Below are positions 32,401 through 44,195 of a DNA stretch of 64,000 nt, piece after piece. The notes under the pieces were generated by a model, which made no database searches, was not told where the DNA came from, and saw only the letters and a list, made by a program, of their open reading frames with translations. Source of the DNA: Marispirochaeta sp. Its GTDB lineage: Bacteria; Spirochaetota; Spirochaetia; JC444; Marispirochaetaceae. The stretch spans positions 288,001 to 352,000 of the forward strand of contig CAXXFF010000001.1 of the NCBI GenBank assembly GCA_963676835.2. The letters run 5' to 3'. Each line of letters begins with the position of its first letter. The first letter of the stretch is position 1. The translations under genes were made by a program, and so were the position numbers.

Positions 32401-33003
32401 TTCGATATTAACCGTCAGGCTTTCACCGTAAAAGGTCTCTTTCTGGGTGTCACCTTCGGTAAGCACATAGCGGACATTTCCATAGGCACTTAGATCTCCA
32501 CTGGCCTGATTATACAGCAGTCTGTCGGCTTCAATTTTGTGCAGACTGCCCTCGCCGCTTGATTCAAGTTCGAGAACAATCCCTCCGGTGATTTCGATAT
32601 ACCCTTCTTCCCGTTCTTCCAGGGTAAAATACCGGGTGGAATCAGCCGATTTAATCCGTATCTGCCGGGAATCACCATTTTCAACTGCTGCCAGGGCGGC
32701 GGAATCGATGGAAAAATGGTCATACAGTCTGCGTCTGAGAGCGTCTGCGGTACCGCGGTAATCGAGATCGACAATTCGGCACCAGTTTTCAAGCTGGTAC
32801 AGATCGGCGGTGGCTATATCCCAGGCGGTAAGCTTCAGATACTCATGGTCTGCGATTCTGCCGGTATTGCCGGTAACTTCGGTATTGCTTCCAGGCTTCA
32901 CCGGGGACTGAGCTTCGGGGTTCTCCTGAGTAAAGAGGGGAATCTGCCCCGTAAATCCTACTGCCAGAATCAGCAGCAGGAATAGCCACACCCGCCTGCC
33001 CAC
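29422..33003 (-). CDS. lptD: LptD-like outer-membrane assembly protein (spirochaetal type)
   Basis: OstA-like N-domain (IEADRLLYNQ...AYGNVRY), GRVPVMAFPFF, beta-barrel C-terminus ending in Phe. Confidence 0.75.
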   Translation of the reverse strand: MGRRVWLFLLLILAVGFTGQIPLFTQENPEAQSPVKPGSNTEVTGNTGRIADHEYLKLTAWDIATADLYQLENWCRIVDLDYRGTADALRRRLYDHFSIDSAALAAVENGDSRQIRIKSADSTRYFTLEEREEGYIEITGGIVLELESSGEGSLHKIEADRLLYNQASGDLSAYGNVRYVLTEGDTQKETFYGESLTVNIENWESRFLKGYTLQDRTVNEKELTFSFYGDTIARSSSEIIYMQEGSITSSRIVPPSYRIDADEIWVYEPGEWLLEGATFYIGRVPVMAFPFFFQLRDSMIVNPSVGFDLEKGAFLQTSTYFFGESTAMEEDSLSFLQMTTVEDTDRVTEWQGLYNRTKDNPSEEELAAARERNSRGDYFRLLMDYYSRTGLVSALDLSFGSTSWFDSLKLFGGVGITRVVADYAPYTYTWQDPDDGEFLSVWEGSWLGGLYLPVRLNLNAGMEASMDRFKLSLEMPFVSDPLIEDLYENRSESIDWGKLLALTGEESQTSSSSLSSGFTWDLSTSWTADTSGLSPWISSFSVKNFSSSLDWVYGKMTSGALTAAEIEELLPHYDAVSGTYSSIYFPYAKTLVLPEISLSLQGTLYPWSSDGKADVESGNDDLELVPPWKPEQNDPVEEKNEDSMSITGPAALEDYSFSLDGDSGQTPSLTYQLNPYLNHGYTFDIYGWDNSWNDWGLADPDVVSYPSPEDVSFDTAYSLTTLSGDARLNFASDFSDRIWSLEESLTFTYQEKIRQLTIDSAIPDPEKESWQDLLENDKEASYERLSHSLTLTARPFINSAVPVDQVIEYRLKHYLYSREYDSDDGQQTKVLPWERSTLQQQTISSTTGFSPGGFDQTFVVSVVLPPLLGDISASYTGDFGPLDIYAAGGVEEVDDNDWEPQETTLLGKYSFADRVYVSQELTLNEEDGSNFRLREGESVLSAAVDDNFFGSKADFAYLIDYDDDSGDYHPLQPYALTLSSWAGGFTASYSMDYTEPYSLELPGSGWVKAANPEFIPSEVAMSYKKSYKPDPIWKRRINLDFSLETGLTQDLNKFSDSSFYFETGLNFSVYKFLDLTFSSSSENTAIFRYLPWLLDGTGIEPLNPLDDLVKSFNFFNDDERRLSNFNLQSIDLKAVHHLDQWDLTVEYAGLPELDTSGSQSRYVWESAFSIYVQWNPIPELEQTVDYSDGDFSF

Positions 33004-33006
33004 GGG

Positions 33007-35826
33007 TTACTCAAAGACTCCGGATAAAAACTTTCCGGTATATGAACCGGGAGCAGCACAAATATCCTCAGGAGTACCGGCAGCCACTATGTGTCCGCCG
33101 TTGATCCCGCCTTCAGGGCCGAGGTCGATTATATGATCCGCCTGCTTGAGAACATCAAGATTATGCTCAATAAGAACAACGGTATTCCCCTTTTCTACAA
33201 GAAGCTGCAGAACTTCGAGAAGCTTTTTAACATCTGCAAAATGCAAGCCTGTGGTGGGTTCGTCAAGAATATAAAAGGTTTTTCCCGTACTGCGCTTTGA
33301 AAGTTCCAGAGAGAGCTTAACCCGCTGAGCCTCCCCTCCGGAAAGGGTTAGAGCAGACTGCCCCAGTTTTACGTAATCCAGCCCTACAGCCTTGAGGGTA
33401 TCCAGGCGGCGCTTAACCGATGGAATCTTGTCAAAGAACTCAGCAGCCTCCTCAATGGACATGTCCAGTACATCGTGAATATTTTTCCCCTTGTAGCGCA
33501 CATCGAGGGTCTCTTTATTAAAACGCTTGCCCTTGCAGACATCGCAGGTTATGTAGACGTCGGGTAGAAAATGCATCTCTATTTTGATTGTACCATCGCC
33601 CTGACAGTTTTCACAGCGCCCGCCTTTTACATTGAAGGAGAACCGGCCCGGCTTGTAACCCCGTGCCTTACTCTCCGGCAGTGACGCAAAAAGCTCCCGT
33701 ATAGGCGTAAACAGGCCTACATAGGTAGCCGGATTGGACCGGGGCGAACGGCCGATGGGGCTCTGATCGATATTAATAACCTTGTCTATCTCTTCGATAC
33801 CTTCCACAGAATCATACTCCCCTTCCTCAATTTTTGAAGGGTTGGTAAGGTTGTGGAGGATAGGATAGAGGAGATCTCCCATAAGGGTTGATTTTCCGGA
33901 ACCGGATACACCGGCTATAACCGTGAAGGTTCCCAGGGGAAACGCCACATCCACGTTTTTAAGGTTATGCTCTCTGGCACCCTTTATGGTGATCAACTTT
34001 CCATTACCGCTGCGGCGCTTTTCCGGAACATGAATCTGCAGATCCCCCCGGAGATACTGGCCGGTAAGACTCTCTTTTGAGGCCATAATCTCACTCAGGG
34101 TGCCCGCAGCGATAACCTCCCCGCCATGTACACCGGCACCGGGACCAAGATCTACAATATAATCTGCGGTTTTGAGGGTCATATCGTCATGCTCCACAAC
34201 GATAAGGGTATTCCCCAGATCACGCAGATGGCAGAGGGTATCAATTAATCGCTGATTATCCCGCTGATGCAGACCGATGGTGGGTTCATCCAGAATATAG
34301 AGAACTCCAACCAACTGTGAGCCTATCTGTGTGGCAAGCCTGATACGCTGGGCTTCCCCGCCGGAAAGAGTTGCGGCCTTCCGTTCAAGGGTCAGATACT
34401 CAAGGCCTACGCTCTTCATGAAGGTCAGCCTGTCGCGGATCTCCTTCATAATCTGGGAGGAAATGTGTATCTCCGTTTCAGACAGCTTCATGGCATCCGC
34501 AAAGGAGAGCAGTTCCTGAACCGATTTACAGGTGAGATCATGGATACTTTTATCACCAACGGTTACCGCCAGAGCTTCCGGCTTAAGTCTTTTTCCTCCG
34601 CAGGCGGTACAGGGTTTCTGACGCATGAACCCTTCCAGCCAGTCCTTTATGCCGTCGGAACTGGTTTCCATATAGCGGCGCTTGAGATCCCGCAGCACCC
34701 CTTTGAAAGATGAAGAGTATTCAAACTTCCCCGTCTTTTTGCGGTTAACATAGGTAATATCAATTACCTCTTCCGAACCGTGGAGCAGAATATGCCTCAC
34801 TTCATGATCCAGATCCTTAATAGGGGTATCCAGATCGAAGCCGAAATGGTCGGCCAGGGACTCAAACCAGCTGCGGTGCCAGGCAGATTCGGGATTGTGG
34901 GTTTTTATTGCTCCGTCATTGAAGGAGAGAGAATCATCGGGAATGACCAGATCCTCTTCGAACTCCATGGTAATGCCCAGACCGGCACAGGCATCGCAGG
35001 CGCCGTAGGGGTTATTGAAGCTGAAGAGCCGGGGCTGAAGTTCGGGAATGCTGATATTGCAGTCGGGGCATGAGTTTTTCTGACTGAAAAAGTCCTCCCG
35101 GTCTCCCTGATCATCCTTGAGAACCGCAATTACCTGACCATCTGCAACTTCCAGAGCTGTTTCCACCGATTCTGCCAGGCGTTTCCGGACTTCCGGACTT
35201 ATCTTAAGCCTGTCCACCACTATTTCCAGGCTGTGTTTCTGTTTTTTATTAAGGTTTATCTCTTCATCCAGGGAGACAACATCGCCGTTTACCCGCATCC
35301 TGGCAAATCCAGCCTTTGATGCGTCTTCAATAATCTTACGGTGTTCCCCTTTTTTGCCACGGACAACAGGGGCCAGGATCATTACACGGCTGCCATCGGG
35401 ATAATCGAGAATGGTATCGAGAATCTGGTCTACCGACTGCTCCCTTATAACCTTGCCGCAGGAGGGGCAATGGGGAACACCTATTCGGGCATAGAGAAGG
35501 CGGAGATAATCATATATTTCCGTTACCGTGCCCACCGTCGACCGGGGATTCCGGTGGGTTGTTTTCTGTTCTATGGAGATTGCCGGTGAGAGCCCTTCGA
35601 TGTAATCAACATCGGGTTTGTCCATACGGCCGAGAAATTGCCGGGCATAGGCGGAAAGGGATTCCACGTAGCGCCGCTGTCCTTCCGCAAATATTGTGTC
35701 AAATGCAAGGGAAGATTTCCCGCTCCCGGATAATCCGGAAATAACCACCAGAGAGTCACGGGGAAGCTCAAGATCGATGTTCTTGAGGTTATGTTCCCGT
35801 GCTCCTTTAATAATGAGATTTTTCAT
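33007..35826 (-). CDS. uvrA: excinuclease ABC subunit A
   Basis: GAREHNLKN, two Walker A ([16 protein letters not shown]), LSGGEAQR twice, zinc fingers. Confidence 0.98.
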   Translation of the reverse strand: MKNLIIKGAREHNLKNIDLELPRDSLVVISGLSGSGKSSLAFDTIFAEGQRRYVESLSAYARQFLGRMDKPDVDYIEGLSPAISIEQKTTHRNPRSTVGTVTEIYDYLRLLYARIGVPHCPSCGKVIREQSVDQILDTILDYPDGSRVMILAPVVRGKKGEHRKIIEDASKAGFARMRVNGDVVSLDEEINLNKKQKHSLEIVVDRLKISPEVRKRLAESVETALEVADGQVIAVLKDDQGDREDFFSQKNSCPDCNISIPELQPRLFSFNNPYGACDACAGLGITMEFEEDLVIPDDSLSFNDGAIKTHNPESAWHRSWFESLADHFGFDLDTPIKDLDHEVRHILLHGSEEVIDITYVNRKKTGKFEYSSSFKGVLRDLKRRYMETSSDGIKDWLEGFMRQKPCTACGGKRLKPEALAVTVGDKSIHDLTCKSVQELLSFADAMKLSETEIHISSQIMKEIRDRLTFMKSVGLEYLTLERKAATLSGGEAQRIRLATQIGSQLVGVLYILDEPTIGLHQRDNQRLIDTLCHLRDLGNTLIVVEHDDMTLKTADYIVDLGPGAGVHGGEVIAAGTLSEIMASKESLTGQYLRGDLQIHVPEKRRSGNGKLITIKGAREHNLKNVDVAFPLGTFTVIAGVSGSGKSTLMGDLLYPILHNLTNPSKIEEGEYDSVEGIEEIDKVINIDQSPIGRSPRSNPATYVGLFTPIRELFASLPESKARGYKPGRFSFNVKGGRCENCQGDGTIKIEMHFLPDVYITCDVCKGKRFNKETLDVRYKGKNIHDVLDMSIEEAAEFFDKIPSVKRRLDTLKAVGLDYVKLGQSALTLSGGEAQRVKLSLELSKRSTGKTFYILDEPTTGLHFADVKKLLEVLQLLVEKGNTVVLIEHNLDVLKQADHIIDLGPEGGINGGHIVAAGTPEDICAAPGSYTGKFLSGVFE

Positions 35827-35967
35827 ACATCCTCAGGGCAAAACGGTAACCAAAAACGAGGGAATAGGCAAGCTTGGACTCTTTCAAATGGCTGTATTTT
35901 TTTTAATAGCCTGAATAGTGAAACGATGAGGAGAAATTACGGTTAGCGCTGCCTTAAAAAAGAGCAA

Positions 35968-36888
35968 TCAGAAGAAGTAAAAGAAATCCTTTGAAGTTAT
36001 CACCGGTTCGATATAGGGATCGGCAAGCTGTGAAATTGCCCGGTTCCGCCACTGGGTCTCAGTAAAAACATCCCTCACCAGGGTCATAATCTCCCTGAAA
36101 CTGGCGATTTCACCCTGGGCATACATGGCAGCACCAAGATAGTAAAACAGGGCTGCTGCATGGGTCTGATTCAGAAACTCGGCGGATTTCTCCAAAGCAA
36201 GTGCGCCTTCAAGAACTTCGCCGGGAGTTGTGAATTCTGTAAAAGGCGCTGAATTATGCAGATATTCCAGTGAACGGGTAAGCACCGTAAGCCCTGCGGT
36301 CATGAGGTGAACCGAAGCATCAGAATACCTACCGGTACGGTAGTAGAATAGACCCAGTTCTGCATGGGAAAGAAAATAGGCCCCACGATCCAGACGATAC
36401 AGCTTGAAAACCTGCTCCAGCCCCTGGTCACTCAAAACCCGCAGCATGGCGGCCTGCATGGTCATATTCTCCGGAGTATCATATTCCTTATCGATATTAA
36501 GGATGGCCAGGAGCTCTGTTTCAAAACGGGGAAACTCCTGCTTGAGTTTGTACAGTCTGGCAAGACGCTCCCGGATGCTGATCTCCTGCTGCAGAACATA
36601 GAGCTGGTGCCGGTAATCCAGCGCCGTGGTATACTCTTTTTCGGCAAGCCCCAACTCCCCTTCTTCCTCGAAAACCCGGCCTACCCAGTAATGGGCTTCC
36701 GGCATGAGGGAATCGCCGGAGAGGATAGATCTGAACAACAAAAGGGCATCGCCGAATTCTCCCTCCTCAAAAGCCACCTTTCCCCGTTCGAGTACCAGCC
36801 ATTCGGGCTCTGCCTTCTCTGAATCCTGTGCTATTACACTGAAAGAGAACAGGGAGAGGGCTGAAACAAGCAGGAGAATCCTTCTCAT
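35968..36888 (-). CDS. exported tetratricopeptide repeat protein
   Basis: Signal peptide, TPR-like AHYWVGRVFE. Confidence 0.75.
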   Translation of the reverse strand: MRRILLLVSALSLFSFSVIAQDSEKAEPEWLVLERGKVAFEEGEFGDALLLFRSILSGDSLMPEAHYWVGRVFEEEGELGLAEKEYTTALDYRHQLYVLQQEISIRERLARLYKLKQEFPRFETELLAILNIDKEYDTPENMTMQAAMLRVLSDQGLEQVFKLYRLDRGAYFLSHAELGLFYYRTGRYSDASVHLMTAGLTVLTRSLEYLHNSAPFTEFTTPGEVLEGALALEKSAEFLNQTHAAALFYYLGAAMYAQGEIASFREIMTLVRDVFTETQWRNRAISQLADPYIEPVITSKDFFYFF

Positions 36889-37943
36889 TTTGCAAGCTCC
36901 CTGACTTCTTCCATCAGAGATTCAAGAGCCTTGTCCATGGGGACCTTCCGCTTAAGCTCGCCTTTTAAAAATATAACAGCTTCGTTCCCCGCACCGGTAA
37001 TTCCAACATCAGCATGACGAGCCTCTTCCGGTCCGTTTACAACGCAGCCCATAACGGCCACAGTAATGGGCTTTTCTATCTGGTAGAGCTCTTTCTGTAT
37101 GTCCCGGGCAATCTGATGGACCGGAAACTCCGACCTTCCGCAGCGCGGACAGGAGACGATATCAACTCCGCCCTTACGCAGGCCTGCTTCCCGCAGAATT
37201 TCCCTGCCGGTAATAATCTCATCCTCTTCGGGAGAAGATAAACTGACCCGTATAGTGGCGCCGATCCCCTCTTCCAGTAGTCTGGTTAGAGCACGGGTAT
37301 TTTTAACAATGCCGGGGATTAGAGGGCCTGCTTCGGTGACCCCTAAATGGAGGGGGAAATCGTACCGGGAAGCGAATTCCCTGTTTACCGCCATGGTGTT
37401 ATCGGCGGAGGAGGATTTTATGGAAAAAAGGGCATTACGGAAGTTTTCCGCTTCCAGAAACTCAATCTCCCGCTCTGCGGCTTTGAGCATTCCTTCAACC
37501 TGAGGCAGATCCCGAAGGTCCTTCGGCAGGGACCCTCCGTTTATACCTACCCGGATAGGTATGTGCTTATCAGCGGCCTTGGCCAGAACCTCTTTAACCT
37601 TCCAGGAGGCTCCGATATTTCCCGGGTTAATCCTTACTTTCTGTACCCCGTCCATTACAATAAGGGCGAGTTTATGATCAAAATGAATATCCGCTACGAT
37701 AGGCAGAGGGGCATTCTTCCCGATTTCGGCAAGAAGATGGGCATTTTCTTCATCCGGTACGGCAAAACGGATAATATCGCAGCCCATGGTGGCAAAACTC
37801 CGCAATGCCGACATAAGCTCTTCCCGGTCCACCGGAATTGCCCTCTTCCACATGGTCTGTATGGAAACCTTTGAATCGCCCCCCATGGGCACCTGGCCTA
37901 CATGCATGGAGCGGGTGTTATTTCTGCTTATTATTGAACTCAT
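36885..37943 (-). CDS. ispG: 4-hydroxy-3-methylbut-2-en-1-yl diphosphate synthase
   Basis: ADIHFD, RINPGNIG, HLGVTEAG, SCPRCGR, VMGCVVNGP. Confidence 0.97.
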   Translation of the reverse strand: MSSIISRNNTRSMHVGQVPMGGDSKVSIQTMWKRAIPVDREELMSALRSFATMGCDIIRFAVPDEENAHLLAEIGKNAPLPIVADIHFDHKLALIVMDGVQKVRINPGNIGASWKVKEVLAKAADKHIPIRVGINGGSLPKDLRDLPQVEGMLKAAEREIEFLEAENFRNALFSIKSSSADNTMAVNREFASRYDFPLHLGVTEAGPLIPGIVKNTRALTRLLEEGIGATIRVSLSSPEEDEIITGREILREAGLRKGGVDIVSCPRCGRSEFPVHQIARDIQKELYQIEKPITVAVMGCVVNGPEEARHADVGITGAGNEAVIFLKGELKRKVPMDKALESLMEEVRELAK

Positions 37944-38008
37944 CTGTTAAAGATTATCGGCAAAAGGGGGGATTTGCCAAGACGGGAACCGTTAATTGCT
38001 GTAAATGT

Positions 38009-38036
38009 AAAAAGCCTTCCGGAAATCCGGAAGGCT
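38009..38036 (-). terminator. rho-independent terminator of V-ATPase operon
   Basis: AGCCTTCCGGA/TCCGGAAGGCT stem then T run on the minus strand. Confidence 0.75.
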
Positions 38037-38093
38037 CTGATCATGTTTGTTAACCGATCTTAGATGATATCTGTCTTTTAGATAGTACCTCTT

Positions 38094-38516
38094 TTAGATA
38101 GTGCCCAGGAGGAATACCATAACAAAGAGTGCAACGGTTTCTACCAGACCAAGAACCATCATGTAGTTAACAAAACCCTTTCCGGTTTCAGCAAGAGCAT
38201 CGGAAGCTGCAGCACCGGCCTTACCCTGGAAGGCTGCAGAGAATCCCATTGCGATACCGCCGAAAAGACCGATTCCCAGATGAGCAGGGGTAGGATTCTG
38301 AACAGCCATAAGGGAGTTCATCAGGATCATACCGTAGATAATCTGAGTGAGGGGTGCGCCGACAAATGCTACCAGAAGGAAGGGTGCGGGCCGGTTCTGG
38401 GCGAAACATTTCTTCCAGGCTCCGACAGCCGCCATACCTGCAGCTCCCGCTCCAATTGCGGAACCCATTGCCGCGAACGCTATTGCTGCGGAAAAGCCAA
38501 GCAAACCAAAATTCAT
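38094..38516 (-). CDS. atpK: V-type ATP synthase subunit K
   Basis: Four-TM proteolipid; PLTQIIYG, FQGK, VETVALF. Confidence 0.95.
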   Translation of the reverse strand: MNFGLLGFSAAIAFAAMGSAIGAGAAGMAAVGAWKKCFAQNRPAPFLLVAFVGAPLTQIIYGMILMNSLMAVQNPTPAHLGIGLFGGIAMGFSAAFQGKAGAAASDALAETGKGFVNYMMVLGLVETVALFVMVFLLGTI

Positions 38517-38587
38517 AAGTTGCTCCTTACAAAATTATATTCGATCTATACTCGATCCCCGCCACTGTCGGGGATACAGCACCAAAA

Positions 38588-40435
38588 TTATGCCGCCCTG
38601 CGGGCGAACGGTTCGTAGGCGTATCCGGACCACTCGAGACCGAGCTGACCGGAGTACTCCAGCATGTTGAGACGAATACCGTGAACGATAATCGACATAA
38701 GCGCCAGGATTATATTCAGTCCGTGACCGACGATAAGCATGGCAACTGCCCCGATTGCAGCAGGTCCGGTGAAGCCGATGGAGGCAGCCATTGCATTAAA
38801 ACTGGCGGCCACAGCAACACTTGAAAGCCCCACCGCAAAGAGGCGGATATAGGAGATAATGTTCGAGAAGGAACTTACTCCGTCAAGGAAGTTCAGCAGC
38901 AGGTTTATCGGATTAAGACCTGCGAGCATATCCTTGAAGAAATGGCCCTGCTGATTGGAAAACAGTACGATCAGTACGAATCCCGCTACCGCAAGAGGCA
39001 GAATATAGGGAGTGAGCTCCAAACCGCTGAAGGAAGTTATACCAAGTACAATATTGAGAGCCAGGAAGAACAAGCCCCACAGGAGTGAAAGCCAGCCGAG
39101 ATGCTCAAAAGCCTTGGGACTCGGCAGAGTTCTGATGAACATTTCAATCCGGGCGATACTCAGCTGGGCGACGCCGATGATGAAACAGATGAGCTGAACC
39201 ATCATCACCGAGTCAATACCTTCCTGAGCGTAACTGGCTATCTGGGGAATTATCAGCTTGTTCAGAGGGCCCCATGATGCAATACTTTCCGATCCGAACC
39301 AGGTTCCCGTAATGGTACCCCACACCACTATTGCCGATGAAAGCATTATCACCAGCTTCAGAGGCAGCTTTGCACTTTCCGGGGCCTTCATCAGTCCCCA
39401 TCCTGCAAGTCCGAGAAAGATAAGTCCATAGCCGGCATCACCTACAATCATAGCCACAAAGATGGTGAATGCAGTAAGAAAAACCAGGCTGATGTCAAAC
39501 TCACGGTATCCCGGTAAGGTTCCCATGAGGTCAAAAATGGGTTTAGCCATTTTTATGGGACCCTTTCGCTCAACCAGAGTCGGGACATACTCTTCCTCGA
39601 TGGGATCGCGGAACATAATGCCCCAGCTGTTATCCGACGCCGCTTTTCTCAGCTCGCCCATGCGGTTAACCGGAACAAAGCCCTGAAGAAACACCAGCTG
39701 ATCATCCTGACCGACACCGGCTTTTACCTCTTCAAATGCATGATCTTCCGCAAGATCGGCAGCATAATTTTTCAGTGCTGCGGTATAGGCGAGCTCCTTC
39801 TGCAGCAGCCCGTTCAGTTCGGTTATTCTTCTGCCGGCAGATTCAAGATCAAGCTTGAGAGCGCTAAGCCCTTTTTCCGGCAGAGTAACGGCCTGCGCCT
39901 CTCCCGGAAGTTCCTCTGCACCGTTTACCGAAGCAAACAAGGTAAAAGAACCGTTTTCTCCTACAGAAAAGAATCCGTCCATGGAGGATAGCATTCCTGC
40001 TGATTTTTTTGGAATCTGCACCAGGTTGATACTGATACCATCTTCAGCCAAAGCTTTTATATCCGCCGGATCGAAGTCTCCCCAGGGTGCGAGAAACTCC
40101 ATGTCCTTACCGATTTTAAGCTGCGCCTCCATAAGGCTTTTCTTTTCAGTCAGTAATTCATTTATTTCAGCAGTCTTCTCTTCCGCCGCAAGGGGGGCAA
40201 GGTCAACCTGCTTGATATCTTTATCTTTCTTACTCTTAAGCGATTCAGCCACTGTTTCCAGACCGAGCAGGGCCCGGGACGCTTTGTCACTTTTTTCCTT
40301 GACCATATCCAGGGCCTCGGAAGTTCCCGAACAGTCTTCAAGGTGGACCACCCCGAGCTCTCTCAATGCCTTGAGGGATGCTTCCCGGTAGGCATCGAGG
40401 AGAATAAGGTAGACCTTTTTCATTGCAACAATCAT
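38588..40435 (-). CDS. atpI: V-type ATP synthase subunit I
   Basis: GDAGYG, ISYIRLFAVGL, HGIRLNMLEY. Confidence 0.95.
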   Translation of the reverse strand: MIVAMKKVYLILLDAYREASLKALRELGVVHLEDCSGTSEALDMVKEKSDKASRALLGLETVAESLKSKKDKDIKQVDLAPLAAEEKTAEINELLTEKKSLMEAQLKIGKDMEFLAPWGDFDPADIKALAEDGISINLVQIPKKSAGMLSSMDGFFSVGENGSFTLFASVNGAEELPGEAQAVTLPEKGLSALKLDLESAGRRITELNGLLQKELAYTAALKNYAADLAEDHAFEEVKAGVGQDDQLVFLQGFVPVNRMGELRKAASDNSWGIMFRDPIEEEYVPTLVERKGPIKMAKPIFDLMGTLPGYREFDISLVFLTAFTIFVAMIVGDAGYGLIFLGLAGWGLMKAPESAKLPLKLVIMLSSAIVVWGTITGTWFGSESIASWGPLNKLIIPQIASYAQEGIDSVMMVQLICFIIGVAQLSIARIEMFIRTLPSPKAFEHLGWLSLLWGLFFLALNIVLGITSFSGLELTPYILPLAVAGFVLIVLFSNQQGHFFKDMLAGLNPINLLLNFLDGVSSFSNIISYIRLFAVGLSSVAVAASFNAMAASIGFTGPAAIGAVAMLIVGHGLNIILALMSIIVHGIRLNMLEYSGQLGLEWSGYAYEPFARRAA

Positions 40436-40453
40436 GCTGTTCTCATCCCCTTT

Positions 40454-41056
40454 TTACGCTTCTGCAGCCTCAACGACCTTGGACTTGGCCATTTTTCCCC
40501 GGACAACCGCAGCGGTCTGCTGGTCTCCCAGGTAAATCTGGATTTTCCGGATATTGTTCTTTGCTTCGGGTATTTTAACCTTCTCAAAAAGGTTTACCCG
40601 CTGGGAGGTAGTTCTGAGCTCTTCTTCCAGCAGTTCCCGCTGGCGCTGAAGAACAGCAACCTCCGCATCAAAGGCAATAAGATCCTTGAGGGCTTTAATG
40701 CCCTTATCAACCCAGAGAGGTGTCTCCATAAGATCCCACTCTATGGATTTATAGGTCAGCTCGCTGAACACAGGCACATCCACACCGGCGATATTACTCA
40801 CATCGGTGACGATCTTATCCAGCTCAACGTACTTGTCCAGGGTTATCTCATCGCCGAAAACGGCAATCCAGTGCTGCATGGAGTCCCGAACAGCCTGCTG
40901 CTTCTGCCGCAGCTCCTGTTCCTGGGCTTCCACCTGCCGGATAACCAGCTGCAGCTGCTGTTTTTTCAGCTGCAGGGTTGGCAGATAACGCTGAAAACGC
41001 TTGAGAGAATCCTTCTGCTTTTTCAGCTCATTCTTTGTCAGTTTGACGGCGGCCAT
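40454..41056 (-). CDS. atpD: V-type ATP synthase subunit D
   Basis: TKNELK...LPTLQLKK, TTSQRVNLFEKVKIP. Confidence 0.95.
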   Translation of the reverse strand: MAAVKLTKNELKKQKDSLKRFQRYLPTLQLKKQQLQLVIRQVEAQEQELRQKQQAVRDSMQHWIAVFGDEITLDKYVELDKIVTDVSNIAGVDVPVFSELTYKSIEWDLMETPLWVDKGIKALKDLIAFDAEVAVLQRQRELLEEELRTTSQRVNLFEKVKIPEAKNNIRKIQIYLGDQQTAAVVRGKMAKSKVVEAAEA

Positions 41057-41070
41057 TTTTCACCCCCGCC

Positions 41071-42378
41071 TTATACAGCTGCGTCAGTCTTGGGCCAGAA
41101 CTTGTCTGTAAGAGAAGACCGCAGTCCGGTCTCTTCCTTTGTAAAACAGCTGGCCATCAGCTGCCATCCAAGATCCAGAGCCTCTTCGAGAGGGATATTT
41201 ACCGAAAGGTCCATCATCTTCTCTTCGAAAAGATCACCGTATTTCAACAGCTTTTCATCCCAGTCGGACATACGGAATCCCATGGATTTCTTTTCAAGCG
41301 ATTCCTTGTAGGAAGCGTAGAGCTTGATCATGCCGTCCATAAGGGCCCGGTGGTCATCACGGGTATCCTTGTTAACCTGCTGCTTCAGACGTGAGAGTGA
41401 ACCAAAGGGCTCAATACGGCCGTTCTTCAGGTAGTACTGTCCCTCGGTGATGTATCCGGTGTTGTCCGGTACCGGGTGGGTTACGTCATCACCGGGCATG
41501 GTTGTTACACCAAGGATAGTGATTGAACCTGCGCCTTCAAAGTCGACGGCCTTTTCGTAACGGGCTGCCAGCTGAGAATAAAGGTCTCCGGGGTAACCGC
41601 GGTTTGACGGTACCTGTTCCATGGTAATTGCGATCTCTTTCATTGCGTCGGCGTAGTTGGTCATATCTGTAAGCAGAACCAGAACTTTCTTACCCTTCAG
41701 GGCAAAACCTTCAGCTACCGCAAGACTGATATCCGGTACCAGCTGGGCTTCAACAATGGGGTCGGAGGCGGTGTGTACAAAGAAGATTGTACGGCTCATG
41801 GCACCGCCTGACTCAAGAGTCTCTTTAAAGTAGAGGTAGTCGTCGAACTTGAGTCCGATACCACCAAGGATAATAATGTCGACTTCCGCCTGAAGGGCAA
41901 TCCGCGCAAGAAGCTGGTTGTAGGGCTCTCCGGAAACGGAGAAGATCGGCAGCTTCTGGGATTCTACCAGTGAGTTGAAAACGTCGATCATGGGGATACC
42001 GGTACGTACCATGTTACGGGGTACAATACGCTTGGCAGGGTTTACCGAAGGTCCGCCGATTTCGATCATGTTTTCTTCAAGGGCAGGTCCGTTATCACGG
42101 GGCTTTCCGGAACCGTCGAAGATCCGTCCAAGAAGGTTGTCTGTAAAAGATACCTTCATTGAGTGACCCAGGAAGCGGACTTCGTCACCGGTGGAAATAC
42201 CACGGCCTCCGGCAAAAACCTGAAGGGAAACCTTTTCGCCTTTCATCCGGATAACCTCGGCAAGAGATTCACCGTGGGCGGAGGATATGGTGGCAAGGTC
42301 GCCGTAGTTTACATCGCTTGCAGAAACGGTAATTACGTTACCGGAGATTGCTTCTATTTTGCTGTATACCTTTCGCAT
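41071..42378 (-). CDS. atpB: V-type ATP synthase subunit B
   Basis: [30 protein letters not shown]. Confidence 0.96.
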   Translation of the reverse strand: MRKVYSKIEAISGNVITVSASDVNYGDLATISSAHGESLAEVIRMKGEKVSLQVFAGGRGISTGDEVRFLGHSMKVSFTDNLLGRIFDGSGKPRDNGPALEENMIEIGGPSVNPAKRIVPRNMVRTGIPMIDVFNSLVESQKLPIFSVSGEPYNQLLARIALQAEVDIIILGGIGLKFDDYLYFKETLESGGAMSRTIFFVHTASDPIVEAQLVPDISLAVAEGFALKGKKVLVLLTDMTNYADAMKEIAITMEQVPSNRGYPGDLYSQLAARYEKAVDFEGAGSITILGVTTMPGDDVTHPVPDNTGYITEGQYYLKNGRIEPFGSLSRLKQQVNKDTRDDHRALMDGMIKLYASYKESLEKKSMGFRMSDWDEKLLKYGDLFEEKMMDLSVNIPLEEALDLGWQLMASCFTKEETGLRSSLTDKFWPKTDAAV

Positions 42379-42398
42379 GTTCTCTCTCCCTTCCCCGC

Positions 42399-44165
42399 TT
42401 AGCTTACCGCGCCTTCAACAAGGCGGGCGGCTTTAGCCTCCATACCCTGGTGGCGCTCTTTGATCATTCCGAGGATCTTCTTTTCCAGTACTTCAAACTC
42501 GGAGGATTTCCACTGTGTACCGTTGTAGTCCAGGAACTGCTGTCTCAGACTGTTGAAGTAGGAACGGGCATCCTCTTTGCTCTCAAATTTCATGATGCCG
42601 CCGAGGACATCGAAAATGATATCGAAAATGTGATTCTGCCGTTCAACGGTTACAGAAAAGTCAACCGGATCGAAGGAGTTCTGCTGCAGATAAACCGCAT
42701 CCAGAAAGTCGCTCTTCAGGTAAAGAACAAAGTCATCCAGACTGGTTCCTTCTTCACCGACAACCTTCATCATCTGACCGATTTCATCGCCGCGGAAGAG
42801 CAGCGCCCGGGCATATTCAGTTCGTGGCTCGTCGATTGATCCTTCATATTTGGACCAGGAGTCCAGGGGGTGAATGGCAGGATACTTACGGGCATCGGAC
42901 CGTTCACGGGAGAGTCCATGGAACGCACCTACTACCTTCAGGGTTGCCTGGGTTACGGGCTCTTCGAAGTTACCACCCGCAGGAGAAACGGTACCGCCGA
43001 TGGTTACCGAACCGACACTGCCGTCCCTGAGGCGAACCACACCGGCACGCTCGTAAAAAGAGGCAATAGTTGATTCAAGGTATGCAGGGAAGGCCTCTTC
43101 ACCGGGGATCTCTTCGAGACGGCCGGACATTTCGCGCATGGCCTGTGCCCAGCGGCTGGTTGAGTCTGCAAGAAGAAGGACATGAAGTCCCATCTGCCGG
43201 TAATACTCCGCCAGGGTTACCGCGGTGTATACCGATGCTTCACGGGCGGCTACCGGCATGGAGCTGGTATTGGCAATGATGATGGTACGTTCCATCAGGG
43301 TCTTGCCGGTCCGCGGGTCCAGAAGTTCGGGAAACTCTTTAAGAGTCTCTACAACCTCACCGGCACGCTCACCGCAGGCCGCGACGATTACAACGTCTAC
43401 TTCGGCGTTACGGCTGGTAACCTGCTGAAGTACGGTTTTTCCCGCACCGAAAGGACCGGGGATACAGTAGGTACCGCCCCGGGCTACAGGCAGGAAGGTA
43501 TCGATGATACGAACCTTTGTTACCATTGGCTCAGTAGGCTTAAGTCTTTCTTCGTAAGCATTTACCGCCCGTTTTACCGGCCAGTCAAACTTCAATGTCA
43601 CTTCATGGGATTTACCATCTGAATCTTTCAGGGTTGCAACCTTATCGGTTACCGTAAACGATCCGCCCTCTGAAACAGATTCAACGGTGTAATCTCCAAG
43701 AAAGTTAAAGGGCACCATAATACGGTGCTTGAAAATTCCCTCCGGAACCGTTCCGACAGTATCTCCTGCACGGAGTACGTCACCGGCTTTTACCTCGGGA
43801 GTAAACTCCCATTTGGTGTCCCGGGGAAGTGAACTTAAATAAACACCCCGCTGCAGGAAGAATCCGCACTCTTCCGCCAGTTCGGGCAGGGGGTTCTGCA
43901 GACCGTCATAGATCTGACCAAGAAGTCCGGGACCGAGCTCTGCCGCGAGCATTTCACCGGTAAACTCGACCATGTTGCCGATACCGATTCCCCGGGTTAC
44001 TTCAAAAACCTGGACCTCGACGTTGTCGGCATTAACACGGATAACCTCCGCCTTAAGCCGCTGGTCGCCGACCAGGATGTATCCAACTTCATTCATGGAT
44101 ACCGTGCCTTCTACAGCAACGGTTACCATGTTTCCATTTATACCAACTACCTTTCCTTTCGTCAT
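42399..44165 (-). CDS. atpA: V-type ATP synthase subunit A
   Basis: [37 protein letters not shown]. Confidence 0.97.
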   Translation of the reverse strand: MTKGKVVGINGNMVTVAVEGTVSMNEVGYILVGDQRLKAEVIRVNADNVEVQVFEVTRGIGIGNMVEFTGEMLAAELGPGLLGQIYDGLQNPLPELAEECGFFLQRGVYLSSLPRDTKWEFTPEVKAGDVLRAGDTVGTVPEGIFKHRIMVPFNFLGDYTVESVSEGGSFTVTDKVATLKDSDGKSHEVTLKFDWPVKRAVNAYEERLKPTEPMVTKVRIIDTFLPVARGGTYCIPGPFGAGKTVLQQVTSRNAEVDVVIVAACGERAGEVVETLKEFPELLDPRTGKTLMERTIIIANTSSMPVAAREASVYTAVTLAEYYRQMGLHVLLLADSTSRWAQAMREMSGRLEEIPGEEAFPAYLESTIASFYERAGVVRLRDGSVGSVTIGGTVSPAGGNFEEPVTQATLKVVGAFHGLSRERSDARKYPAIHPLDSWSKYEGSIDEPRTEYARALLFRGDEIGQMMKVVGEEGTSLDDFVLYLKSDFLDAVYLQQNSFDPVDFSVTVERQNHIFDIIFDVLGGIMKFESKEDARSYFNSLRQQFLDYNGTQWKSSEFEVLEKKILGMIKERHQGMEAKAARLVEGAVS

Positions 44166-44195
44166 TGCTCTCTACTCCGCTTTCCCTTCAGTAGT

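Noticed and set aside
40343..41311. Long antisense ORFs such as this 322-aa frame (also 23573-24307, 27613-28335, 61061-61729)
   Set aside because: Shadows of well-supported genes on the opposite strand with no motifs
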